DNA of 64,000 bases from Ophelia neglecta. Lineage: Eukaryota. This document shows positions 12,310 to 27,500 of the stretch, piece by piece (positions within the stretch are counted from its first letter, which is position 1; each line of letters begins with the position of its first letter). Where the stretch lies: assembly GCA_965285935.1 (NCBI GenBank), contig OZ260663.1, positions 71,052,001 to 71,116,000 of the forward strand. The letters are read 5' to 3'. The notes below the pieces were generated by a model. It worked only from the letters and a program-made list of their open reading frames with translations, ran no database searches and had not been told where the DNA came from. The translations under genes and the position numbers were made by a program.

Positions 12310-15300
12310 ATGGCTGGTTAATAGCCGAGCGCCACCGATCGTCAACAGCTGAGCGCCGCTGCTTGTCAACATCTGAGTACCCCTGCCAATTGTCAAAGTT
12401 GAGCACTGCCTCTCATGAATAGCAGTGAAAAGGCTAATAACCAAAGGAGGCAAACTGTGCTTATTTATACTACCAGGGCATGCTGTCTATTCCTCAAAAA
12501 AGTCCCCCATCATACTGATACAGCCTGGGTGTCTTCATGCATGTGTTAAATCAATTACACACAAGGTGGAGATACCTGAGGAGAAAGTGATTTACTGCTC
12601 CTCTTGGGAGGGATGTCAATTCCATGCTGAGTGAATATGTACATGTACATCATACTGCTTAAAATCAGAAATTAGATCTACACATCAAAATCTATATGTT
12701 ATTCATTTTGAGGCACACTTATTTAAAAAGAGAGACCTTCATTCTGACATATATACATACCTGGTATTCCAATTAACCAGTATACAGTGCACACAGTAGA
12801 CTATACACTGATTCATACTCTACACCTGTAGTATATTTCCACATCTCTATTGTTAAAAAACAAAACCTTGATACAGTTGCTCAAACTGTAGGGTTTGGAT
12901 TTGGATTTTTGGGGCTTAACGACACTGTAGGGAAACTTGGTTGTTTACTTTTATGACACCAGACACCCATCAAATACATTGTAGACCTTATTTTCTAACT
13001 TTCCATATACTTTGCAGGTAGGCGTGAGCATAACAGGTAGGTATGAACATAGCAGATAGGTGTGAGGTTAGCTGGGAGTAAAAAATGTTATCTAGCCAGG
13101 TGAGGCCAAGGCCTTAACAGAGCCATCGTCAGGCCAAAGGGGCCCTGGGCTTAACAATAATACACCTGTGTGTAACATCTACATAAAACACTCACACTCA
13201 CCAAAATAGAAAACATAAGACAGTATTGACACGCACAGAAAGCCGATTGTTATTCACCTTCAATGCACATATAAACAGACATGTATGAATTGGTGATAGA
13301 TACATGTACATGTACATGTATGTATGAAAAAGTCAATAATATATCCTCAAATTAACCCACAGATACTTTAAATACACAAAAACAAACCAGCTTATGACAC
13401 ACTTTCGTAGATCATTTGTTTATAAGCAATTACTCCAATGTGCTGCACCTACCATCAATACTTATGACACCATTGCATGGTAGGTGATAATTTTTTAAAG
13501 TATTGTTTTCGGAAATAATTTTTGAATTAACTGACATCAAGTGAAATGTAAAGCTTTGGCACAGTTATACAGATTGATTGTTGAATGATCATTTGATGTC
13601 ATCACATAAAAATGCAGCATAATATAAATGAGAAAGTACATAGAACCAATAGGAAAGATAACTACTGTATTAACTATCATTATAGTATAAAATTTAGATT
13701 AACTGCTATGAAACTTGACAATAAATGCCATTTAGCAGTGCCGGTTATAAAAAAAAAACTCATGAGTTTTTTAACCACTTGTCAAACCCAATTCCAGTAT
13801 AACTTGGCAACATTGAATGAACATTTGCTTGTGTACAATGCCAGTGAGAGGGAGGAAATAGCGTAAAAAGCTAGTTTACACATATAATTTAGTTTACTTC
13901 CATTGTGGACAGAGCCTCCTATTTTCCATTTATTCAAGTTTTACACAGAATTGGTGGCAGTTTTCACATGTCTGTAGATAAAATACATCTGACAAGTTTC
14001 ATAATGAGGAAAACTGACTGAAAAGAACAAAGGACCAGACTATATTAATGGTTGACATTACACTTTATGGATCTGATTACAATAATTTCAGTTGATCATT
14101 GCTCTTATCTGCCAATTGAACTAAGAAGTCAGTAAAAAGCCACTGGTATTATTAAAAGAAAATTATACAATATTTGATACTTACTATTGGACACATACAT
14201 GTATCATTCCCATTTGTGCAAGAGATAAAAGTTTTTGATAAGAGTCATATACAGTTACATGTTGAACAACTAATAGACTTAACTTACAGACTTCATGTGC
14301 AGGGCATGTCATGTTATTATGAATGGTGCATCCCTTCAGTCAAGGCCATGGGTTTAGCAATATGTCTACAGTTTGTGAATAAACTCTCTTATAGATGGAA
14401 TTTCATCAATAAGCAGTAAAACCAAAGACTGGCACAAAAAGAACCTCGTAAAATTTACACACATGCTCAGGATGGAACAGGCTATACTAGACAACATGAC
14501 AGATATATGTGTGATGAATCCAATAGAATACTTCCAATGGAACTCCTTCCAAACAGAGTGCTTTAGACATTATCTACTGCCATCTGTTAGAGAACCAGAC
14601 AAGAAATTGAGATTGGCTCGCCTGTATTGATTAAGGACTTCACAATTGAATCAAATGGGAAAATAGGCACCGACAGTCAATGGTTTGGGACTGAGAGGCG
14701 CCAGGGCATTATAGAGCATGATTATAAAACATTTTCTTATAAGGGCAACTTTCAAATATTAATGTCAAATTTGTGCCCAAGATATTTTTAACAATTGAGC
14801 TGTATGCTAAATGGAATATATATTCCCACACAATTTAAAACAAAGACAAATGAGAAAGTCTCCTCTAATGAAACTATGTTACAGCAAAGTGCAGACCAGA
14901 GGCAACTTTGCTGTTAAAGAATGGTCATTATGAAAACAGAATAAATAACCCCTTCATACCCACACCCACCAGGACTGCTTTCTTTGCTTGTGAATTTCCC
15001 CAAAGATGTTTTGAAGCTAGATTTGCCTACCAATGTCATGAACCTGAGAGAAGCATCACCCACAATAAGCTGAAATCGACCTGAGACAAGCATCACCCCC
15101 AGTAAGCTGAAATCGATTGTTATTGTCAGAGCAGGCAGCTGGGATGAGGGCTACTGGTTTAACTTGACTGTTGTTTACATGGGACTCAAACACTCGGCAA
15201 AACCATGGGGCAGCATATGGTGGAAGGATTAAACCAATGTGCATCCGTCCACCAAAAAATCCTATTCCTTACATCTCAATCTAAAGCGAATATTTGCTAG

Positions 15301-18300
15301 ACCAGTAAATTGAAAACTGGTACCAAAATTATGACAGCAACATAATCAGTTCGTTAAATTGTCCTGTAGAATGTGGATGTATAAATCAATTGTCATTACA
15401 CAGATTGCAGATTCTGGCCAAATATTAAAATGACAAAGAGGGGGGAAGTGGAATGCTGCCAGAACTTACTAGTACCAGTTTGACGGTCTAAAGCACCTTC
15501 ACATTTTGTCCTGGTATGGTATGGCACCCACTCATGGGTACATCACATGACTAACTGGCACATCAAATGGCTGCAGGCAAAGTGGACTTTTATGTTCCGA
15601 AATTCAGCTATAATCAATTCATATAATGGTTAAACCTAAGGTGACATTTAGTGCCATACCAGGCGTCTATCATCTGTACATCAAGAACACAACTTAACTT
15701 ATAGTATAAGCATCCTGGTTCCATTTTATCATACCTACCATACAAATCATGTGGATTTCATTCATTGCACCAATGATTCAGTGAAAAAAACATAATGGGA
15801 TAAAAAATAAACTAAGTTTTAAGCCTGGTTTCTCATCCTTAATCAACCCAGACAAACATGTAAAATGGTATTTCAAAAAAAGATTTGTAACAACTTACCA
15901 ATACTTAAAGTAATTTGTAACTTCTCTATATGTAAATTTTGTATATATGGAGGTACTGGTATCCATTTAATGAGATATTCCATGTATTAGTTAGTCAGGT
16001 TGGAGATGAGGTATGTGACTGTAATAAAAAGACTTACATACATATAGATAGCTCTAGCTTGATTGACGTCACACTCTACTGAAAGACATAAATAATACCC
16101 AACAAGTCATGGCAGCACATATTACAGTAAGTTGCATTGGATGAAGGAATTCTGTTAAGTTTTGGTAGCGCTGTTCAACAGGGATTAATTGCATGAAAGA
16201 CCATATAAATGTTATCAAAAATATGTTTGTCTGCTACATGTCTGCTTATAATTACTATATTATAAGTTCTAGTCATCCAGCTTAGCCATTTTCGATTAGA
16301 AAAAAAACCCCAAGCATTTCCATGTAATTGCACTGAAAGTTAGCAGCGCATTTAAGTTCTACATAGTAACACATTAATACAGAATTATGGAGTATGGTAT
16401 TATGTAAAAAATGTGTTGATGCTTATTATCAAGTCTGACACATGATGAGGGCTTTTTTTTCAACTAATACTAGCACCCTTTATGATAGGACTAGATGCTA
16501 CTTGAACAAGCAGTCTACAGCTTCAGGGTTATTTATCCCGCAGGAGAAAAAACAAACCTACCCTGTTGGATCATATTGATCGTGAGAAACTTCACTACAT
16601 GTGATTCCAAAAATTCTTCACTTCAGTTGCTATATTCAGTGTTGATTTGGTTGATAATTGTCAGCCACAACAAGTTCCTGACTATCCCATGGTGTCTAAT
16701 TCATGCTAAAAATATTGTACAGTCCCAAATGTAAAACAGCACAAAGATGAAATCACTCACAATCACTCAAAACCATGCAAAGTCCGACATCACTCCCTAA
16801 ACAAAAGCTTCCACATCCTAGTCCAAACGAACGCTGTGGCTCAAGCTCTACGCCTATTACAAAATGGGTGGAGAGCGCAACTTTATCCAGTCGCCTTGTG
16901 GGCACACATACTTGTCAGAATGGGTAAACAGATACTTTGTGCAGGCTCAGTGCAATTGGGAAATAGTGCCAGGCTAGGGAGGAGAAGAAAGACACCTTTT
17001 TCAACAATGTGTCCCTGAATAAAATGATAGAATTCATCATACTGGCTTTGTGTAATGGAGTATTTAGAAGTGATACTTCTAATGCATTAGATCAATTCTA
17101 GTCCAGAAGAATTAATAGTCAGAAGAATTAATAGTGTATATACAAGGAATTTTTTTCTTCTTCTTGAACACATTAAAATTATAGCCCAGTCTTGATTTAT
17201 TTATGACCTCCTCATTGCCTTGTCTACTGTTTCATCCATCAAAACAAGTTAGCTTCATTTATAATGCTTGGTTGACACTTAAGTCAATTTTGAAAATACC
17301 TGCTCAGCTCCCTAGCACCAATCCATGGTAAACTTCAGACTTAGTCTAGTGTTCCTCATCATTGATAAATTGCTTTACATGCTACATCACAGTCACTTTG
17401 AGAGTTTCTGCTTAAACAAGCCTTTTGTTTTTCCTGTCAGAGTCAGCATTGTGGGTTTTAAGACATGACAAAACAATGACCAGAATTTACATGTAGATAC
17501 GTACACACAGGTATGGTAATCTCCTCAGCAACGTAGCCCAGTGAGCAGGAATTTCAATACATGGCCTTTAAGGGCTTTAAGGTTACCCAAATGCACTGGC
17601 AAAATGTAACCCCATGAATAGACTACCCATAGAGAGACTTGAAGCAGTTCAGTCACTGAATGTTTCTATTAACGCAATTCGCTTAACACTGGTGGCATGA
17701 AACTTTAGCTGATTTCATTTTTACCACAATTTGGCATATTACCTTAATTCAATTTTGGGAGATCTGTAGAAATTTCATAATAACTTTTGCATTTAATTCA
17801 CAATATTAAATCTATAATTTGGGGCAGGAAATGTTGGTAGTTTTTACGTCAACTGCAAAATTTGCCAACATTTTGTGACTGCCAATAATAATCAATTTAT
17901 AGCACCTATATTGGTTGTCATGTTTTGGTCAAAGGTTAAGCTGTGCAGGTCAAGTGCGGGTTGACAATATTAAACCAGAGGGCAATGGGCAGTCTCATGT
18001 AGACCAATCACAATACATGTACATGTACGAGGCCATCAAACGTGTGCTCAAATATAAATATACATTGATTAACATGGCAATTTAAGTGCAAAACAAAGAG
18101 AAAGTGTGATTCACTGGTAAAATACAGCATGCACTTCACACTACAGTTTATGCTGCATTACTGCTAAAAACTCATATGAAATTAGCTGTGGAAATGAAAA
18201 TGATTTAAAGTTCTTCTAAAGGTAAACTATATATATATACACATGTACATATATAGAAAACTGCTATTAATTTATCAGCATAAAATAACACCTGAAAGCT

Positions 18301-21300
18301 GACAATTGTGACATGTTACATCACCATAATGAAATTGGGTTATTCAGCATGACTTAAAAATCAGACTTGTTTTGAAAGTTTTAAAGAAAAAAAACACATG
18401 CCTGTTGATGAGTAACAAACATATTTCACACAAAAAACGACCAATAAAGTACTGTTCTCGCCCCCTTGCGGTAGAAATTTGTGAGTCTGCATCTAAACTT
18501 GGAGATAAGTGAGATAAACTGCCTGAAATTTGGAGCCAACAGGATATCAGCCCAGGATATACATGCACCGGGTACACGTAAATTGGCAGAATAAAGACCT
18601 CAAAGGCAGTAAACTCTGGCACATATTGCACGTCATCTAATGACCAGACTATTTCACTGGACTGGTTTCATTGAGCTAGCCTGATGACTAGACTCTACTG
18701 CATTCAATTATTTCAAAATTCTCTTTGTTCACTAATTATAACAAAGCATAATCGGCCAATAATTCAGTACGGATAACAATAATAATAGAATAAAATTTAA
18801 ATGATTTTCCCTTCTGGCAAATGCCACATGGTGTTTTTGCATTTATCATGTTTATTATATCAGCTAGGTAGGGCTACCCACCCCATAGGTTTAATCATCT
18901 GGGTGCCGTTAAACAAAATGTCTCCAACAATTATCAAATATTCAATAAACCTATTGGATTAGGCAATGGAGCATCACGGAGTGGCGTCTGGGTGGCATCC
19001 ATACAAAGACTGTGTTCCATCCTAACAAAACCTGTCTCCCCTGCTTTTACTGAACATGATCTGGTGATAAAAGGACAAATGATCCAGGGAGCTCTTCAGC
19101 TCAAAATGGCCAAACTAGACTTTTATTGAATGAAGCGTCACTTCTGTGAAGATTGCTTGGGCGAAATTCAGTGCTACAATTGTAGAATGTGTGGAAAGGA
19201 CTATTGAAAAGTGACGTTTACCAGATCGGAATACCAGGGTGACATGTTCCATCATAAAAACTCGGTCAAATGCAGGTCTATAGTTGATAAGGATAAAACA
19301 CTGGCCAATTTGAAAGAAAACATCATTCACACTTCCATATGTCCCTCTAATTAAGTATAGTTCTTTTAAGAGTCACCAACCCTCAGCTTTAAACAAATTC
19401 AGTTTTTTAAACAATCTTCCTGTTATCTTTATGTATGCCAGTGTGGTTATCTATGAGGCAAATTCCTAGGACCCACGTTAACTGGCTGGTGACAAAGTTA
19501 ACTGGCTGGTGACTATTGGCTGAGTTTTAGCATTGTTTCGTTCTAAATATTGTCGATGAGGGTGACGATAAGCAGCCAATCAAACTTGCACTCCGTCCCC
19601 TTATCGTTATCATCTGGCACTCCAGTTCCTGATATATCATGCCCTACAGCTCCAAGACCACTGTGCTCATCTGCTAACACTCCTTGCCAGACACTAGGAA
19701 TTTCGGAACAACAGATTTTTTTCAGCATTCATTCAGCACAATGGGTGAAACTAAATGCATACTAAGAAAGAGAAAGTAATCAAAAAATGCCCCCCCCCAA
19801 AAAAAAATCATATAAAAATGAATATCACATCATTAACAATCTATTTTCAATTACTTGGATCAAATACTGGTAACATAATGATAAAGACTCTTGCTTATTT
19901 TTTGAAGAAAGTGAACCATCCTGTCAGGCAAATACACTTTGTCTAAATAAAGCTATATTTACACAGCAAAAAAATATGATGTGTGACAAACCAAACAAAG
20001 ACCAGACCAGACCATCAATATTTCCACAAAAAACATCACTGTGACAAGATGACAGATTTAACTGTGCAGATGCCACTTCCACCAAGCCCAAGTCATACTC
20101 ATTGTCTGAGAAATACTGTTCTAAAGAGTTTTAAAACTAAATTACCCACCCAGTATGTTTGTCAACCATCAGTGCAGTTTTGTAGGTTTTCTGTGTTTCA
20201 GCAAATTTTATGATATTTTCAAACATATTTTTTTCTATTAACCCTACATGTACATTACAGAGTACATACTTGTACATGTTAATGTACATGTCACTGCATC
20301 AGGCAATTTATATCCTGTCACCATTGATACTAAGATACCATTTTTACCCTATTCGCTATTCTCTAAGATGCACATTTTTTTAATAATCCGTCAATTGCAG
20401 GTACATTAAAGAATATTTGAATGTGAGACATGACACTTAATTCCATTCCAGCAGGGATCTGTTAAAGATTCAAGAAGAAAGTTTCAAAGTTACCAACTTA
20501 ACAGTGGGCAGTCAAGCAGAATATGCGGTACCAGGGTCTTTTATGACCATTGTGTAAGCCTGACAAAAAAACTGCAAAAAATGACACAGGCAAGGTGATA
20601 TTACTGAAAGCTGAGAAGGTTTTTAGAGCAGTGATGGAGGTGTTTGTATATACCATGTGACAGCCCGAACAGAAAACAAGAGCAGTGGGTCTGTATCTTG
20701 GGAAACCATCAAATTGGTAATCTCCAGGAGATCTTTGGCACTGTGAATTAGAGCCTCAAGGTGGCAGGATATCAACAGAGAATAACACTGTTAGCAATGA
20801 ACCCTTCCTAATTAAACAAATCAAAGTTGTGACCATGTCATCATGTACATGCATACATAAGTATTTCAGACTGGCATGAGCTACAATACTCTTGATCTAT
20901 ACCCTACAATGATAAAAAGATAACAAGTAGGCTAAAATTAGGAAGTTACCATTTCAAAAAAGCAAAAGGGCTTTATACTGTATGGGCTTTTTAAAAGGTG
21001 CTTAGAAACGTAAACCCCCAACCTATTGAAAGGGATACTAAGCACGTCTGTTGGACAGGTCACTCCCACAAAGTCTAAATAAAATTAATCCAAATAGAAA
21101 TAAGGCAACAGTTACCCCCTCCCCCCAACCTGTTACTCCCACACAGCTGGTAAGGTGGGGAGCTAGGCCCTGAAACAGAGCTGCTATTTATGCAGCAGCT
21201 GATACAATCAAGGCTATGAAGCAACCTATTTGGCAGATCATTATGATGGTCAGGCTCTGAGAAAGGCACCACAAGAGTTCCTACTGTGTGGGCACACTGC

Positions 21301-21364
21301 ACAAACAAACAAAAACCACCCACCTACCAACTCTACCTCCAGTCAACCTACCGTCTCCACCATC

Positions 21365-21586
21365 AACTGTAACTGTGAAAATACTGGCGTGCACAAAAAC
21401 TTTGTGAATTTCAATAAGCCACAAACACAAATTTTTAGGTTAGCAAGGAAGATTTAAAATAAAGAACTTCACCATCCAAAAGATCATCAACACAAGGGCT
21501 GTTCTGTTAATTTCTTTTCATGTGAAATTACGGCAAATTCTGACATTGTGCACTTTCCCGCTACAAACATTTCCACAGTCACAGTA
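21365..21586. mobile_element. Degenerate MITE of the (T)ACTGT...ACAGTA terminus family
   Basis: Left ACTGTAACTGTGAAAAT versus right ATTTCCACAGTCACAGTA (reverse complement TACTGTGACTGTGGAAAT). Same style as 53017-53188 and 60721-63126. Confidence 0.55.
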
Positions 21587-24500
21587 CCTGCCCTATCCAT
21601 AATGCACAGCTACTGATTATGACTGATATCAGAGATCAAAAGACTCCCCATAGTTCACATTGATATCCTCAAAAAGAAATCTATCCTGACTATGACTGAT
21701 AAGGCTAACAGTATAATTATTGATAATAGATAAATCATTTAACTGAATACACACATTGGGAGTATGATAAAAACTAAAATCCATTAGTTCTCTTATTAAT
21801 GATAGCTTGTCTTTTAAATTTTTCATTCAGCAGCATTTAATAGAGCGGAATTTTGATACTTCATCAAGCACCATCTAATTTGCGTTTATATTATGAGAAT
21901 TTTTTACTAACAATTGGCAATTAATCACTAAAGATAGGCCATGTTCACAGTGACAACCGAAACATACTATTATTTTCATTAAATGGCGATAAATATATAC
22001 TCAACTTCCAGTGTATTCAGGAGCTATAATTGATGATGTTATTTCATAAACATCCATCTTATGCATTTACAAACAATTCTGACAGTTCAGTTGCTAAAAT
22101 CACAAGCTGGCTCCAATACTGTGTGTTCTATACAATTAGAGGGCTTGACTCTTTTGTCTAACAACATTCCACACAAGAAAAAATGTTTTGATATTTCCTG
22201 TTTGCAAATGCACATTATGTTGCTAAAACAGAACATAATTGCGATAATTTTTTTATGGGATTTATATTATTATAAGCTATCTGGTGAACACATAATTTAT
22301 CTGCATAGACAGCGTGTATATATAACATCAAACATTGTGTCAAGTTTCTCTGTTAAACCCATTCTCAAAAGAGATGATGTATCGCTTGAGATTTACTTCA
22401 GTTCTGGTGAAATATAAAATGAAAAATATAACATGTTTATGTTATAAACTAATAGGACTGTCTCCAATAGAATCATACCATTATAATCAACCTCCAAACA
22501 ATCTGGACCCTGACAAGGCCCTGTTGGCATTTAGGAGCAGAATTTTGTCTTCCTTTTCTTATATGTTTCGTCAACATTCATCATAAAAATAACCCATAAA
22601 TGAGGGAGTGAGATGATAAATGTGCCATTTTCCTGAAAGAGTTCCGACCACTTTTGGAGGTTTGGTCGGTGATGAAGGAACCTACATCTTTCAACAGGGA
22701 CCTGTAATCAGATAGATTACTGGTCATGGGGACCTACAACTTTTGGGAATTCACTGTGTCACTCTCAAATTTACAGTGGTATTGAAAAATGTGTTTATTT
22801 GGTAACATTTCTGTTTAGCCTTGATAACAGAATGCACCCTGTTTACTGTGTGTGGGCAAATCTGTTTGGTGCACACAACCCTCCCTCCATATAGCACACT
22901 ATAAGGGTATAAAATATTGATTTTAAAACCATTCCAGGCATTACATACTTGTAGGCAAAGCAGTGAAAATGAAATAAATCTTGTTTAGAATCTTTTCATC
23001 TGCTTTCTGTGTATGCTTGCACAACTTAATGTCAGCTGCCACCCCAATAACTTCAAACAGAGGGGATATTGTCATCAGGAGTTTTAAGGTAGCTAGGACA
23101 CACACTATGTTCAATAATATACACCCTAGTCAAATTGGTGGAAGCGGTGAACAGCCCCTTGACATGTCTTTATACCATACTAAGTGGATAATATACATTC
23201 TGAAATTGTCAGCATACACAAACTTTCTTCAGGGTACTGCTTGGTGATTTCAACACTTACCTACTAAATGCCTAAGCAGAGATATATAAATACATAAAAA
23301 GTAAGAAACTAACATTATATGTAATATTGCGTATTAAACTTGTAGCTTAGGTAATAAAAGTTTCTGTTTTTCTGACAAAAATAGAAAACAAAAATGGAGG
23401 CTCATAAAAGGACGAATGGATGCTTTATTGTCCTTAAACTTTTAATACAATGTCACATACAGTAACCTGCCAATGAAATAATGTCTATTACAGCAAATAA
23501 AAGTTTATTTAAATGGCAGACCTCAGTAAGATATCATATCACTGGTAACCAGGGCATCACATAATACACACACAGACTAAAGTCATTGTCAAGCTCCATA
23601 GAGAATAGTAACTTAGTACCTACATGTACATTGAGACCAAGAAACTTAACAACACTCAGAAGCCATTTTTAAGTTGAATTCACATTTTTTGCCATGACAC
23701 ACTGTACTTATATAAGTGAACACATGGACAATCAACAAAGAAATTATTGTCACCAGACATGAATATTTTAATTGTCAAACCAGCTTTATTATACTTTTTT
23801 GTGCACACTTGGCTTTCCCACAAACTTTTTTTCTTGATACTCCTTCAAAAGCAAATAGGACTGTCTGGACCTATCTACTTGTAAATGCCAGTACACACTG
23901 TCATATAGGCCCAATATTTTTCAGGCAATTTCTTGTTCCAATGTGTACAATATGAGGCCAGAATGGGTTCCTATCCAAATCATGAATATGTCCTGTTTCA
24001 AAACACCAAAAACACTGCCTTTGTATCATATATTAATACTCATCTGCTCATACTGTTAAACATTAAAAATATCTCCACTTTTATACCATATCATGTAGGC
24101 CAGCCCTATTTGTCACTGTGCCAAATAATAAGGAGCTTCCGCCATAAATTATGAATGGATCAAACAGAATAATTTGTGCATATAAAAACCAAGTACACTG
24201 ATATGTCTACAATATCGAACTACAAAGTGTGGTTAATAAATCCCAAAAAATAATATGCGTCCTGCAATGAAGTCACATGCAGGTTCACATGCAAAATTAC
24301 AAAAATCCCAAATTTTCATTCATGTGAAATACTCTCAGGAATGAGTATGCATAAGCTTAATTAAAATTTCTTTGAGAAAAATAAACATCAACTGATCCTT
24401 GATAAACATTTTACCAGTTGATAGCTATGTATTAGCATAGCATCTCAACCAAGAAAGGCTTTGGGCGAGGCACTGGATTTTCCAAGGTCATAAACTCCAT

Positions 24501-27500
24501 GCCCTTGGAGAAAGACTAACCTATAGCAGTCCTGCCCCAAAAAAAGTTTGAAATTCTTGTCTCGAAGACTGATAAACTCCAGCAATGTTAAAACTGTGTT
24601 GTAATATCTCCTACAGCTCACACTAACCCCACCTAACATAGTCCAACAAAAATCTACAGCATGTGCTCTATGCCATGTGCAAATCTAATAGAGAAAGTGA
24701 TGCTCCACAGGTCCCAAATTAAGAAACTGAACAATATAGTTTTGTCATGCAATATTGAAATTTATGTTGAAAATGTGCACCATGCAGTGCCCAGATTCAC
24801 CTTGTTTATCAGGGCTAATTTGTTCTAAATGGTACACAATATGTCCCAGGGTAGTCTCATGAGAGGATGTGAGCCCGGGTCATGTTGCTTTACATGAACA
24901 TGTATTAAGACCTGACCATGAAACTAAGAATCCCACAATGAATTTCCCTGATCTATGAATGTCCCTGATCTCTGTCAGGGAGGCACGTTCTGATGGGGGC
25001 TGGGATAAAGAATGTGCTGACGCTCGAGTACAACACCAAAGAACACAAATTTGGTTTTTTTTATTAGTAAATAATAAGTTATGTTGAAAATCCAAGAGAT
25101 AAAATCACATTTACACCTGTTTCGCTAGCTAAGATGAAACATTAAGCATTAAATGTAGTTAATAATGTTAGTCTCATCAAACTGCACTATCAATCTCAGT
25201 CAGCACATCTTAAGGTACCTAGGTCGGTACTAGGAACTGCTGGTTATAAAGCTTTCCCCATTTATTGGCCTTAACTTGGGTAACAGTTACTAAGTAGCCT
25301 AAGATCTATCGAGTCAGTAGAAGCCTCTTGATCCAGGCTAAAGACACATTTCTTCAGGATTGCCTGTAATTGCTGATTGGCGGGAAATAACCATGCGATA
25401 CTTTCTCTAGTTCTGGTTTTTAAATTTTTTTAATTTGTTTTGTTTATAATTTTTATTCAATTTCTATTGAGGTTTATGTATACTGTTTAAGTGTGCATAA
25501 AAGGAGTGCTCTACAGATGCCATATCATTATGCCCTGAGCCTAAAATTTGAAGGAATTTTATTTAAAATGAGTGCCAATTTTTTGATATAGCCAAAGTTT
25601 TGGTATTACCAGAAATTTTTTTTTCAAAACTCATAGTTCTTTAGGTATGTGCTCAGATGAAGATCTGGGTCCACATGAACCGGTATGTACAGTGTATATG
25701 ATTACGCCTGGAGTATTCTAGCATACTAGAATACAACAGCTAATAAATGAATATACATGTAACTTATACAATGACCTACAAGGCATCTTAGCTCAAAATT
25801 AAGAGAAAGAATGTCTCTGGCACGTTCTTACTCTTCTAAGGCAATACTAAATGTGACCTCAGACTAAAATGCTATGAATCTTCATATGAATCAATTGCTG
25901 GTAATATTTTCTCTGTTTGATGCAGATGGCTCCACAACTGAGCATCAGAACATTGCACTGAGTCAACAAATGCACATGCCTGAACTTCTACATTTCCATG
26001 AGGAAAGCTGTGATGTTTGGTCCTTCATGTTCTAGGTCCATGAAAGAAAAAACAGTATATGATTTGATGTAGCTTTCCTGGCTAATAAAGAATGTGCTAC
26101 GCCCTGCTAGCACAAATTACTGCCTTCACAACTTCGGTGGTGAAAACATTATCCTGTTGTTGGTAATAAGCAAATTTAGGCCAAGTGCACAGAACTAACT
26201 GTATTGATGGAAAAGCAACATTCACTTACGTTATCAACTGTCCTGTTAACTGAAATACAGGTGTTGAATTTAATGCAACGATTCTAAAAACATGAGGTTA
26301 AATGTATTTGCCTTTTAATGGCAGCAAATTGATAGAAAATTACTTATCTTAATGGTGCTGTTATTGTACATAGGTTCAATTAAATTGACAAATTCAACAT
26401 TATACCAATGTTTGAGAAATGCACTTGGTATTATCAGCAAAGCCATCTCATACACCAAGAGAGAGACAAAAAAGTCTTATGATTTTAATACGCTTATCAC
26501 ACTTTTGCACTACGTATCACATATTTGATGTGCAAATATTATGAAATATTGGCAACAACTGAGACAAGGTTGTGGGAATACAAACACACCTTACCTACAA
26601 TTACTGATAAACAATTAACCAGATAAGCTCTGAAAAAAAAAACTGCCTAAAATTCAGCCACAAGTTTTGAACAAGACTAAAGTACCGATCCTCAGATCAA
26701 AGCACTGGGTCCCACACTGGTATCCGAGTGATCCTTCCTAATGAACGACAAAAGAATACATTACCTGGTTGTGGTTGTGTTTCGATGATGACAGGTTTAC
26801 CTCAAACATAATCCACAATCAAAGATTACAGATTCTTTGTTTGTACAGGATATATTCACTATCAGAGAAGAACTGCAACCCACAAACTATTTATCACTGG
26901 TTGGGCTGAAGTGAATAGAAACAGGCCTCACATTCAGTCATAAAGTGATATATGGCCAAGAGGAACCCACCTGGCAGATATATAAATGATATTATCAAGA
27001 GGCATGTAGACTGGGCTCACTAACGAGCTCTAATCACCACATGTTACACCACTAGAGGTCACACAGTCATTCTGAAATATCCAGAGAACCCACACAATCA
27101 CCATATCCTAGAAATGCCTGTAGAGGTTTTCTTGGGAAACTTTCCAGGAGTTACCTCAATGACCTGTGGGAGAAGGGACACTTGGCTAACTACTGACACT
27201 AGTTACAGGTGTTTAGTTATGATAACTTACAAATAGGTATTTTGCTGTTTTTATAATAAAATACAAGCCAACAAAAATATGGTGAATAGGGCGGACTTGA
27301 GCAGGTAGTCGGTATTTTAGAGGTTTACTCATAAACAAAGTAGAAACATCGCATGTGATGATCAGCCGTTGGGATGAATGATTTTAGAAGAACAATATTG
27401 CACAACTTTGTTCATGTATAGTTTTAAATCTTCAGACTATCAGTAAATGGTTCATGAGAGTAAGTGGTCCACTTCAAACATTACAGTCAGTCTGCAATTG

